A stretch of DNA of 64,000 bases from Verrucomicrobiota bacterium (GCA_043744715.1 JAYTUE010000082.1:1884-65883); one strand, 5' to 3'; numbered from the stretch's first letter, positions 40,124 to 48,312 are shown. The notes: a model not told the origin generated them from the sequence alone. Numbers and translations: made by a program.

Positions 40124-40144
40124 AGCGTCTCCTGCCCCCGCAAC

Positions 40145-40897
40145 TTACTTTGTTTCGCCCCCCCGTTCTTTCAGACCGAGGAGCTTTGTCTCCAGCTGTC
40201 CGACCGTGCGGCTTGTTTCGACGAGCTGTTGGAATATCTTCTCACGATCCTTTTCCATCCGATCAATTTGCAGGTCTTTTACCCGGTTGGTGATTTCAAG
40301 ATCGCGCACCTCCCTTTTCAGCTCCGCCAGTTCATTTGAATCCGCCTCTTCCCTTCGTTTTGGTTCCGCATCATGCGGAAAGGTGCGGAAGTTTTCCGAA
40401 TCCTGCGGAAGCGGTTCCGGATTGGCTTTGGCGGCCCTGGCCTTCTCCTCGGTGATGGCGGCCTCGACGGACTGGGGGGTGATGAAATAGCGGCGTTCAT
40501 TGGGATCGAAATAGGCTTCGAGCCGGGCGATGCCCTGCCGGTTGGGCTGGCACCAGTTGGTGATGCTGCGTTCCGAACGGGCGACACCGGCGGTCTCGAA
40601 GAGCCGGGCGACATCACGCACGATCAAAGTGCAGTTCTCCCGCCTGACGGAAGGAGTGCGGAATGCTTCCGAAGAGTTCGGAATGGTTCCGAAGACTTCC
40701 GCAACGTGCGGAACCTTGCCGAAGCGTTCCGAACCTTGCGGCACCGTGCGGAGTGCTTCCGCACCATTCGGAAAAGCCGCATTGTCATGCGGAAGATGAT
40801 TCGGGTCGGGTTGTAGCGGGGATGTCTCGAACATGGGGGAAGTGAAGCCGTGGAGCGGGTCGTAAGACCCCGGCATTCCTGCATCCAATTCTAGCAC
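40145..40897 (-). CDS. Hypothetical protein: decapeptide repeats + HTH-like centre + C-terminal coiled coil
   Basis: 250-aa ORF. aa ~35-80 read AEALRTVPQG SERFGKVPHV AEVFGTIPNS SEAFRT; the centre reads IVRDVARLFETAGVARSERSITNW (HTH-like); the C-terminus reads ELAELKREVRDLEITNRVKDLQIDRMEKDREK. Coding status across the repeat block is ambiguous because nearly all frames are open there. Confidence 0.55.
   Translation of the reverse strand: MLELDAGMPGSYDPLHGFTSPMFETSPLQPDPNHLPHDNAAFPNGAEALRTVPQGSERFGKVPHVAEVFGTIPNSSEAFRTPSVRRENCTLIVRDVARLFETAGVARSERSITNWCQPNRQGIARLEAYFDPNERRYFITPQSVEAAITEEKARAAKANPEPLPQDSENFRTFPHDAEPKRREEADSNELAELKREVRDLEITNRVKDLQIDRMEKDREKIFQQLVETSRTVGQLETKLLGLKERGGETK
40364..40421. 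repeat. Heptamer array A1: 5 copies in exact 10-bp phase plus 1 copy shifted by 1
   Basis: TTCCGCA, TGCGGAA, TGCGGAA, TTCCGAA and TGCGGAA start at 40364, 40374, 40384, 40394 and 40404. TTCCGGA starts at 40415. Confidence 0.85.
40657..40794. repeat. Heptamer array A2: 12 copies in exact 10-bp phase (plus one straggler)
   Basis: Starts at 40657 + 10n: TGCGGAA TTCCGAA TTCGGAA TTCCGAA TTCCGCA TGCGGAA TGCCGAA TTCCGAA TGCGGCA TGCGGAG TTCCGCA TTCGGAA. An extra TGCGGAA lies at 40788. Confidence 0.9.
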
Positions 40898-40982
40898 ACC
40901 CGCAGGGTGGAGCGGAAGGGCGTGGAGTTATGCACAGGCGGGCTTGTGGCGGAGGAACCCCGCGCCGTGCTAAACTGGTGAA

Positions 40983-41300
40983 ATGACAAACATTCCACAC
41001 ACAGACAGCGACATCCGCATTCCACACGCTCTCTGGCTCGCGTCAGGACTCTCGCTGCGGGAAAAGGCTCTATTGGCAAAGATCGCCGAAGCCGATGTGA
41101 ACGAAGGCTACCGTGTTCTCAACCGCGACATCATAGGGTTTCTTGGCGTGCGTGAACGGCACGTCCAATCCTGCGTCGCCGCGCTTCTGGACAAGGGCTA
41201 CATCACGCTACGGATCAACTCCGACATGAGCCGCGTGATCAAACCGACGGCGAAGCTGGCGAAGATTCTGACGCGACGGGTCAAGCGCAGCGGTCGCTGA
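40983..41300 (+). CDS. Small winged-helix DNA-binding protein
   Basis: 105 aa; LSLREKALLAKIAE ... FLGVRERHVQSCVAALLDKGYITL has a MarR/Rep-like wHTH pattern. Confidence 0.6.
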   Translation: MTNIPHTDSDIRIPHALWLASGLSLREKALLAKIAEADVNEGYRVLNRDIIGFLGVRERHVQSCVAALLDKGYITLRINSDMSRVIKPTAKLAKILTRRVKRSGR

Positions 41301-41348
41301 TCACACGCGCTGACTCGCACCGTGCGTGGAGTGATCAATTGAACAGCC

Positions 41349-41744
41349 ATGCAATCCATCAACCAACTCATCAAGGAAAAGAACATCGAACTCGCGACCC
41401 TTGATCCGGTGGTGGCGGCAGGCTTCACGCAGGTGCCCAACTTCATCCTCCGCAATCCCGACATTTCAGCCGGAGCCAAGGTGGTGTATGCCATGTTCCT
41501 TTCCTATGCCTGGCACAACGACTCGTGTTTTCCGGGACAGGACAGGTTGGCGGAGGACATGGGGTTGACCCGTCCGCGTGTGACGCAGTTGATCTCCGAG
41601 CTGGAATCCGCTGGGTTCATCACCATCCAACGACGTGGGCAGGGGAAGACCAACCTCTACAAGGTTCATTTCCAGGTGCAGGCGAAGCCGCAGAGTTTTC
41701 CACAGCAAACATCCAGAGGTAAACTGGCTTACCTCAAGAAGTAA
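41349..41744 (+). CDS. Helix-turn-helix (HTH_36/replication-initiator-like) protein
   Basis: 131 aa; FTQVPNFILRNPDISAGAKVVYAMFLSYAWHNDSCFPGQDRLAEDMGLTRPRVTQLISELESAGFI is typical of plasmid/ICE Rep-organiser-type HTH proteins. Confidence 0.65.
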   Translation: MQSINQLIKEKNIELATLDPVVAAGFTQVPNFILRNPDISAGAKVVYAMFLSYAWHNDSCFPGQDRLAEDMGLTRPRVTQLISELESAGFITIQRRGQGKTNLYKVHFQVQAKPQSFPQQTSRGKLAYLKK

Positions 41745-42124
41745 GCCCATTGACCACTTGTGGTAAACCGGCTGACTTCATTCTATATAAGAATACCCAG
41801 ATCAAGAACACGAAGAGAAAGAATAGAGGAGTTTCTTAATGAAACTGTGGATAACCCGAATTCGGGTGCGGGGAATACCCCTCCAACCTTGGAAAGGTGG
41901 AAAAACGCGAAACAGCACACGGATCAGGACGTGTCAAGACCCTCCAACCTTACAGGTTCTTCGAGCCCAAACCCACCAACGCACCCGCATCTTGGGCGAA
42001 GCCATGAAAACTGGCTGCGCCAGTCGGGAAACAGATATTGTGCGACTCGGATTGTGGGGCAGGGTTGAGCCCTTTTCCCTGCCCCAAACAAAAATCCCGA
42101 CACAGTTTTGTGTGCGGGATTCTT

Positions 42125-42339
42125 TTAGTTTCGGAGCAGTTCGATCAGGTCGTCCGTGGTCAACCTGGCTTGTCGCATGATCAGCTTGAGCGTATAGGAT
42201 CAGGCAGATCCTTGCCGTGCAGCGCCACCAAGGTCGTCAGGCGCTTGATGGGATGCCAGAAGATGACATGGCTTCCGTCCTGTCTCTTCTCCACGAAACC
42301 GGCCCGTTTGAGCGCGGCCACCATCTTGGAAGGACGCAC
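42125..42339 (-). pseudogene. hicA: HicA-family mRNA interferase toxin, apparently frameshifted
   Basis: VRPSKMVAALKRAGFVEKRQDGSHVIFWHP ... LHGKDLP is HicA-like. The frame stops at 42181 (..DPIRSS-stop), while the -1 frame continues YTLKLIMRQARLTTDDLIELLRN-stop (to 42125), which is the conserved HicA C-terminus. Confidence 0.6.
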
Positions 42340-42353
42340 CGTCGGCAGGCGGG

Positions 42354-42596
42354 TCAAACGAGTATCGGCCGTCGCACCTGAACACCGACTATGACCGGTT
42401 GGCTGTGCTCTTCCGGGATCGGTTCGCCGAGTTCCTGCAATGTCTCCACCCACAGTTCGATGGCCTCCTTCGCCATGGCCACCGCGTGCTCGAAGCTCGT
42501 GCCCCAAGTCACACAGCCAGGCAAAGCCGGCACGCTCACGGCAAAACCACCCTCTTCCAGAGGGGCCAGCTCAATTGTGTAAGTCATGGTCTGCAT
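42354..42596 (-). CDS. hicB: HicB-family antitoxin (UPF0150)
   Basis: 80 aa; YTIELAPLEEGGFAVSVPALPGCVTWGTSFEHAVAMAKEAIELWVE. Its stop overlaps a possible TTG start of hicA. Confidence 0.8.
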   Translation of the reverse strand: MQTMTYTIELAPLEEGGFAVSVPALPGCVTWGTSFEHAVAMAKEAIELWVETLQELGEPIPEEHSQPVIVGVQVRRPILV

Positions 42597-42640
42597 AGAC
42601 TTACATCATAGCACATGCGTGTTCTTAACGTCAAAGATGG

Positions 42641-42880
42641 CTAGGCCGCCCGCACCAGGATGGGAAAGGTGAAGGTCTTGTGCCCCAGCTTTTCCACAGG
42701 CCACGGTTCCCCTCTTTGTTGCAGAGATGCCAGGTGGAACTCGATGGCCGCTCGAACTGAAGCAGTCGCTTCCTCAAGGGTGTCTCCACGGGAAAAGCAG
42801 CCCGGCAAGGCCGGGACTTCCGCCCAATACCCTCCTTCGGCGGCGGGCTGGATCTTGACGGTGTAGTGCGTGATTTCCAT
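42641..42880 (-). CDS. hicB: Second HicB-family antitoxin paralogue
   Basis: 79 aa; YTVKIQPAAEGGYWAEVPALPGCFSRGDTLEEATASVRAAIEFHL. It lies in tandem with the first hicB. Confidence 0.8.
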   Translation of the reverse strand: MEITHYTVKIQPAAEGGYWAEVPALPGCFSRGDTLEEATASVRAAIEFHLASLQQRGEPWPVEKLGHKTFTFPILVRAA

Positions 42881-43551
42881 CCCTCCATTCTACCATGTCC
42901 GACAGTTTTCCCGCAAACGACCGCCCTTGTCCTTTACGCCGACCCCGACATCACGGGCGACATACATGGTATGTAGGGGCTGGACGCCCTTCACTGGTTC
43001 ATTCCATGGCTCTACCGAGCCACGACTTGTTCCCCAACGTGTCGTCGGCTAGCGCCCGACTTTGCGCTTTTTCCATCCGGCTAGTCGGGTATCAGGTTTT
43101 CCTATCGGTCACCCTCACCAAAAACCGCAAAGTCGGCCGCCTCGGGACTATCGTCCCTTAGCCGTCGACACGTTGGGGGGTGCTGTCGGTGCTGGCGCAC
43201 GGCCACTAGGAGCTACCGCTCCACCTGAACATCGTGCTGGCGCGACGGTTCGCGTGGAGACGCGGAGGGACGAATCCCCGCCTGCCGGTCAATGGACAAA
43301 AGCGCCGCCGCGAATGCGGCTTGGAACAGCACGCGGCGAATGCCGCGCACCGTTGCCGCTGTGGTATGATTACCTTTCCTCCCACGACTCCCAGCAATCC
43401 TGTCTCCCTATGAGTCTACCGGCAGGTGGTGCTGAGACCAGGCGCTATTACCTCGATGGCTCGTGCCCAAAACGGTTGCCGTCGTTCCGAAATGCGGTCC
43501 ACACAACCGGAACTGCATTCGGTTTCAGGAGTGGCGGCTGGTCTGGGCACC

Positions 43552-44832
43552 ATGAACGACCCGCTTATCCACATCGGCCAATTCGACCACCGGGGGCAAC
43601 CATTGCCCTTCGGGCTTTCAGCCGTGGACGCCCGCCAACACCTCTACCTCATCGGCAAGACCGGTTCCGGGAAAACCACCCTGCTCCGCAACCTGCTGGT
43701 GCAACACATCGCCGCTGGACACGGCGTCGGGCTGATTGATCCCCACGGCGATCTCGCCGAGGAATTGTTGAATCACATCCCGCCTTCGCGGGCGGATCAT
43801 CTGGTCTACTTCAATCCGGGCGACCTGGAGTTCCCCATCGGTTTGAACCTCTTGGCCAATGTGCCGGTGGATGACCGGCACTTGGTCGCCTCCGGCATCG
43901 TAGGAGCCTTCAAGGGGATTTGGAGGGACTCATGGGGGCCTCGGCTCGAATACATCCTCTACAACGCCATAGCGGCCCTCCTGGACTGCCAGAACACCAC
44001 TTTGTTGGGCGTGAACCGGCTCCTGACGGACTCGCGCTACCGCGCTTGGGTCGTGCGCCAGATCAAAGACCCGTTCATCCGGGATTTCTGGGAGAACGAA
44101 TACGAGGGCTACGATCCACGGTTCCAACGCGAGGCCATCGCCCCCATCCAGAACAAGCTGGGCCAGTTCCTCCAGAGTCCCGTGATTAGAAACATCCTCG
44201 GGCAGGTGCGGACAAAGGTGAGCATCCCCTTCGTCATGGACACCTCCCGCATCTTCATCGCCAACCTGTCCAAAGGACGCTTGGGTCATGACAAGGCCAA
44301 CCTGCTTGGTTCCCTGCTGACGACGCAGTTCCAGTTGGCGGCCATGGCACGGGGTTCGATCCCGGAGGCGGAACGCCGTGATTTCCACCTCTTCATCGAT
44401 GAGTTCCAGAATTTCAGCACGGACGCCTTCGCCTCGATCCTCGCCGAAGCTCGCAAATACCGGCTCTGCCTCACGCTCTCCCACCAATACATCGACCAGC
44501 TTTCCCTGCCGGTGCGTCAGGCGGTCTTTGGCAACGTGGGCACGCTCGTCTCCTTCCGCGTGGGTCACACGGATGCCGAGGTGCTGCATGATGAATTCGG
44601 CCACGAATTCGCCGAGCAACAGCTCGTCGATCTCGACAAGTTCGAGATGGTGGTGAAGCTCTTGGAGAACGGAACCAACCGGACGCCTTTCCGGGCGATG
44701 AGTCTCGCGCCTTTGGAGAACCGGGTGGGACGCAGGGACAAGTTAATCAAGCTGTCACGGGAGCGGTTCGCGACGCCGAGGAAAGAGGTGGAGGGGAGGT
44801 TGGAGAGATGGATGGATTCTGATTGCGGCTAA
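43552..44832 (+). CDS. TraD/VirD4-like (T4SS-DNA_transf/DUF87) P-loop ATPase without TM domain
   Basis: Walker A GKTGSGKT, Walker B FHLFIDEFQNF and a TraG-D_C-like LTLSHQYIDQLSLPVRQAVFGNVGTLVSFRV. The start is placed at MNDPLIH (43552). It is a paralogue of the core of 55374..58445. Confidence 0.8.
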   Translation: MNDPLIHIGQFDHRGQPLPFGLSAVDARQHLYLIGKTGSGKTTLLRNLLVQHIAAGHGVGLIDPHGDLAEELLNHIPPSRADHLVYFNPGDLEFPIGLNLLANVPVDDRHLVASGIVGAFKGIWRDSWGPRLEYILYNAIAALLDCQNTTLLGVNRLLTDSRYRAWVVRQIKDPFIRDFWENEYEGYDPRFQREAIAPIQNKLGQFLQSPVIRNILGQVRTKVSIPFVMDTSRIFIANLSKGRLGHDKANLLGSLLTTQFQLAAMARGSIPEAERRDFHLFIDEFQNFSTDAFASILAEARKYRLCLTLSHQYIDQLSLPVRQAVFGNVGTLVSFRVGHTDAEVLHDEFGHEFAEQQLVDLDKFEMVVKLLENGTNRTPFRAMSLAPLENRVGRRDKLIKLSRERFATPRKEVEGRLERWMDSDCG

Positions 44833-47156
44833 ATCTGAACTCGGAGTTCGGCTGCGGTGCGTAGGCGGACGGGTTGGAGCGCTCCGAACTTACGGATCAC
44901 CGCGTCGTATAAGTCTCCTGGAAACTTCGGCGCGGAAATTGTGATGATGGCTGCGTATTCGAGTCGATTGGTTGCGCCGTGGCGAGGAATGGCGTGCAGC
45001 ACGAGAAACGGCTCGTGCAGCGACGTGGCCCACTTCGATTTCGAGCGGCGCACTATGGCCTCCCACTTGTATTGCACCCGGCGTTCGCCCTCGGACGGAT
45101 ATTGATTGCCCGACTCCGAGACAGAGAGCACCGATTTTTTCCAGCCGTCTGCCAAGAGCGCTTTGACTTCTGCTGCGTCACCTAGGGTGTGAAGTCTTTT
45201 CGCTTTCACGCCTACCGCCTCGCGCTTGGGCGTGAAGGTGAATACCTGACTGTTCGGGTAGAACGTGTCTTCGATGCACATTGCGGTGTAGTCCGAAGGA
45301 TGATTCGGAGCTATGGGAGGCAGCGCGGCCACTGTCCATTTCACGCTCACTTTGCCACTCGTCACCAAATTTGGTGGCAACATGATCGGGAGCTTCACCA
45401 TCTTCTTCGCTGCGATGTCGCCTTGGAAAACGATTGTGACCGTTTTCTCATCGCAGCGTAGCAGCCCATCGAGATTCGCCGGGACGATGCCGTGTCCAAG
45501 AAAGTTGTCCGGTTCATCATCCGGGTGCGCGGCGGCGTGAATGAGCAGCGCGCGGGCGAGCAAAGCTGTTCCGCGTTCAAAGCTCTCCACCGCCTGCCCA
45601 CCGAGCGCCGCTACAATCGGCGATGCGAAGCTGGTGCCGGCGCTCAAAACTTTGATTCCCGGCGCTACAGCAACGAGGTGAATGGGCCGCTGGTCGCAGC
45701 CGCCGAAGGCCGCCACATCCGGTTTGAGCTTTGCACATTCACGACCAGGTCCTTGGCATGAATAGGGGGCGTGAATCTTCCCATTCTTTCGCTCAGTGTA
45801 AGCGCCTACGCCAAGCCCGTTCACCAAATCTGCGGGTGCTTGAATCCGGTTCATCCCCGCTCCCGCCGCACCGTCATTACCCACCGCCACACAAAACACA
45901 ACTTTGTGAGCTACAGCGAGCAGATCGAGCGCAAAAGTGAAGCGCGAAATCATGTCGTCGAGAAGCGGTCCGCGCGGACCAAAGCTCACATTGAAGACTT
46001 TGATGTCCTTGCGTGCCGGCACTGCCGCTTCAATGACGTCGATGGATTCGTAAAGATCAATGTCGGCTGAATTGGAAGTCGGCAGCGCCCGGATGCTTAC
46101 AACGGAAATCGCAGGTGCGGGCAACGGTGTCTTCGTATCGTGATCATTCAGTGGCCCGTATAGCATGGCTCCGGCAACAGCCGTGCCGTGAGCGATCCCT
46201 TCGGCTACAGCCGTCGTCTTGATTGAGAGACCCTCGTCCTGCTCAGCGTGTCCACGTAGCAACGGGTGACTCGGATCGATGCCGCCGTCGAACATCCCGA
46301 CTTTTATTGTCGACCGTGTCGTTGCGGTCGGCGGCGGCGGCGCGGGGAAGGTGGGCGCACTCCGCAGATTCTCAAAACCGCCGAAGACCAGCGGATGTGC
46401 TGTGCGGAGCGGGTTCGCACCCGCCAGGGCTTGGAGGGCGTTTCGGTTGAGATGACACGATACGAAAAGCGGTCCGCTCTCGTAGTAAGCAACGGTTGGT
46501 CTCCTCATCGTCACGCCTTGTTCGTGGAAGAGTTCCTTGAGGAAGTGCGCTTGCTCACCCTCCGAGTGACGCGAAGGATGCAACACAACTTCCACGCGTC
46601 CCTCTGTCCAACCTGGCTCAAAGCCGAGGAGTTGTTCGTGTGCTCCGAGAAGGTCGAACTTTTCGATGCGCTGAATCTCCTCACGAAATGGCCTTGGCAA
46701 TGTGCCCTCGGACTGGTCGAGCGCATTCAGTAGCCTGCGAAAGCCCGCATCGTTGCTGCGCACAAAGACCATACGACCGGTGACTTCATGGATATGTTGT
46801 TCGAGATGCTTTTTCATTCGCTTGGTCTGCGCGACCTCGGCGGTCGGAAGGCGAAAGTTGCGTGACCCGACGTTTTCCAAATCTCGCACGAGGCCAAAGA
46901 TGCCGTGTGGATCATAGGACTTCGCAATCATGTCCGGATGCAAGCGGAGGCAGAGCACCGCTTCGTCTTTGAAACGTTTGCGTGGAGGCAACTCTGCATA
47001 TTGCGCAAGGGCGGTGCTGATTTCGCGCTTCACTAGGTCGCGAGCCTCGCCATAGCTGCGCGGCATTTCAGTCGAGCCAAAACCGGAGCGCTTTTCGACC
47101 GGAGCCACGTATCGCTCACCATTGGCGAGGATGAGTCTGCGTTGCGGATCAGGCAT
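44829..47156 (-). CDS. ietS: Subtilisin-like S8 serine peptidase, IetS-like
   Basis: 775 aa with catalytic triad motifs VGMFDGGID, AHGTAVAG and GTSFASPIV. It overlaps the upstream AAA ATPase gene by 8 nt. Confidence 0.75.
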   Translation of the reverse strand: MPDPQRRLILANGERYVAPVEKRSGFGSTEMPRSYGEARDLVKREISTALAQYAELPPRKRFKDEAVLCLRLHPDMIAKSYDPHGIFGLVRDLENVGSRNFRLPTAEVAQTKRMKKHLEQHIHEVTGRMVFVRSNDAGFRRLLNALDQSEGTLPRPFREEIQRIEKFDLLGAHEQLLGFEPGWTEGRVEVVLHPSRHSEGEQAHFLKELFHEQGVTMRRPTVAYYESGPLFVSCHLNRNALQALAGANPLRTAHPLVFGGFENLRSAPTFPAPPPPTATTRSTIKVGMFDGGIDPSHPLLRGHAEQDEGLSIKTTAVAEGIAHGTAVAGAMLYGPLNDHDTKTPLPAPAISVVSIRALPTSNSADIDLYESIDVIEAAVPARKDIKVFNVSFGPRGPLLDDMISRFTFALDLLAVAHKVVFCVAVGNDGAAGAGMNRIQAPADLVNGLGVGAYTERKNGKIHAPYSCQGPGRECAKLKPDVAAFGGCDQRPIHLVAVAPGIKVLSAGTSFASPIVAALGGQAVESFERGTALLARALLIHAAAHPDDEPDNFLGHGIVPANLDGLLRCDEKTVTIVFQGDIAAKKMVKLPIMLPPNLVTSGKVSVKWTVAALPPIAPNHPSDYTAMCIEDTFYPNSQVFTFTPKREAVGVKAKRLHTLGDAAEVKALLADGWKKSVLSVSESGNQYPSEGERRVQYKWEAIVRRSKSKWATSLHEPFLVLHAIPRHGATNRLEYAAIITISAPKFPGDLYDAVIRKFGALQPVRLRTAAELRVQI

Positions 47157-48312
47157 GTTGAACCTCCTTGTTCTTCAGGCTTTTTCGCCCTGGGGCGTTC
47201 TTGGTCAGATGATACTGCACGGTGGATGAGCTTTTCCCGAAAAACTCGGCGATTTCGCGCACACTCATGCCGGTCATTTCTTTAAGTGTCTTGGTCATCG
47301 GTCCCAACTCGTCCTTCGGAATACCAGGCATCCGATGCGTAGTGGCCTCAATGAACGCGAAACCGAGCGGCACTTGTTCGACGACATGCCGGCGAACTAC
47401 GCCTTGCGCCATCGTATCGAGTTCCGAACCATTGCTGCCTGCAAGAATCCGCGCGATAGCGGCAAGAAAACCAGCCGGCAGTGCGCTAGCAAAGCGCCCA
47501 CAAGCACGCACAAGAATCGCCTCTCGTTGCAGCTCGCCGGGAAGCGGCGTTTGCAGCACCACATCAAAACGACGGTTGATGGCTGGATCGAGCAACTCCG
47601 GGTGATTCGTCGCGGCAATGAGGACAGAGTGTAAAGGCCATTCCTCCAACTCCTTTAAGAGGACGTTCACAATACGTTTGAGTTCACCAACTTCCGTCGC
47701 GTCGTCCCGACGTTTGGCGATGGCATCGAACTCATCGAGCAACAACACGCAGGGCGTCGCACGCGCGTAGTCGAGACTGCGTCGCAGATTTGAGCCCGTT
47801 TTGCCGAGAAAGCTGGAGATGGACGTGGCGAGATCAAGCACGACCAACGGCAGATCAAGTTTCAATGCAAGCCACCGGGCAAGCATGGTCTTGCCAGTTC
47901 CAGGCTGCCCTTTGAGCAACAGCGTGCGGGGCGGAGCGAACCCTTCTCGCAGCAGGCGCTCGACTTCCAAACGCTCGCGCAGGAAACGCGCGACGATTGC
48001 GTGAACCGCCGGCTCCAGGATCGGTTCAGGCGCATTGTCCGCCGGTAGCACGCGAAGCAAGGCCAGGCCCGCGTCCGCATCGGTTGGGGGCGGTTCAGCG
48101 GAGTGCCAGCGAATCGCAGCACTGTTGGCGGCAAACTTTGAGAGGAGATCGCCCAGATCTTCGGCGACTTGTGGGTATTCCTTTTTAAGCGAGCGAATCG
48201 CAGTGAGAGAGAGCAGTTCCAACCGCTGTCGGTTGCCAGACAGGCCAGCCTCGACAAGCTGAGGCAGGAGCGCACTTAGAGATTTTGTGCTAGAAATGTG
48301 CTCTTGTTTCAT
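47149..48312 (-). CDS. ietA: AAA+ ATPase with C-terminal HTH, IetA-like
   Basis: 387 aa with Walker A GQPGTGKT, Walker B VLLLDEFD and sensor ATNHPELLDPAINRRF, plus a C-terminal MSVREIAEFFGKSSSTVQYHL. It is paired with the S8 protease as in the IetAS defence system (Gao et al. 2020). Confidence 0.75.
   Translation of the reverse strand: MKQEHISSTKSLSALLPQLVEAGLSGNRQRLELLSLTAIRSLKKEYPQVAEDLGDLLSKFAANSAAIRWHSAEPPPTDADAGLALLRVLPADNAPEPILEPAVHAIVARFLRERLEVERLLREGFAPPRTLLLKGQPGTGKTMLARWLALKLDLPLVVLDLATSISSFLGKTGSNLRRSLDYARATPCVLLLDEFDAIAKRRDDATEVGELKRIVNVLLKELEEWPLHSVLIAATNHPELLDPAINRRFDVVLQTPLPGELQREAILVRACGRFASALPAGFLAAIARILAGSNGSELDTMAQGVVRRHVVEQVPLGFAFIEATTHRMPGIPKDELGPMTKTLKEMTGMSVREIAEFFGKSSSTVQYHLTKNAPGRKSLKNKEVQHA

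Noticed and set aside
40657-40794. Possible CRISPR array or simple microsatellite, because of the regular short repeats.
   Set aside because: The unit is only 10 bp (7 conserved + 3 variable), so there are no 25-40-bp repeats or spacers, and no cas genes are present. It is also not a pure microsatellite, because the heptamer alternates between TTCC/TGCG variants. It is reported as a separate finding instead.
43150-43320. Similarity between translated 43261..43300 (RRDESPPAGQWTK) and the C-terminal part of the HTH ORF 30250..30546 (ERDEAVPPAGQWTK), suggesting a decayed paralogous regulator gene.
   Set aside because: Only about 13 residues (about 25 nt with mismatches) match. The upstream part does not retain an HTH pattern and there is no plausible start. 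The evidence is too weak to annotate.
43485-43524. Cluster of TTCCGAA-like half-sites (TTCCGAA, TGCGGTC, ACCGGAA, TTCGGTT) just upstream of the TraD-like ATPase start, as a possible fourth heptamer array.
   Set aside because: Spacings are 8, 13 and 12 bp, so the sites are not in helical phase, and only one copy is a perfect match. This could be chance in G+C-rich DNA. It is mentioned only as a place to look if a binding protein is identified.
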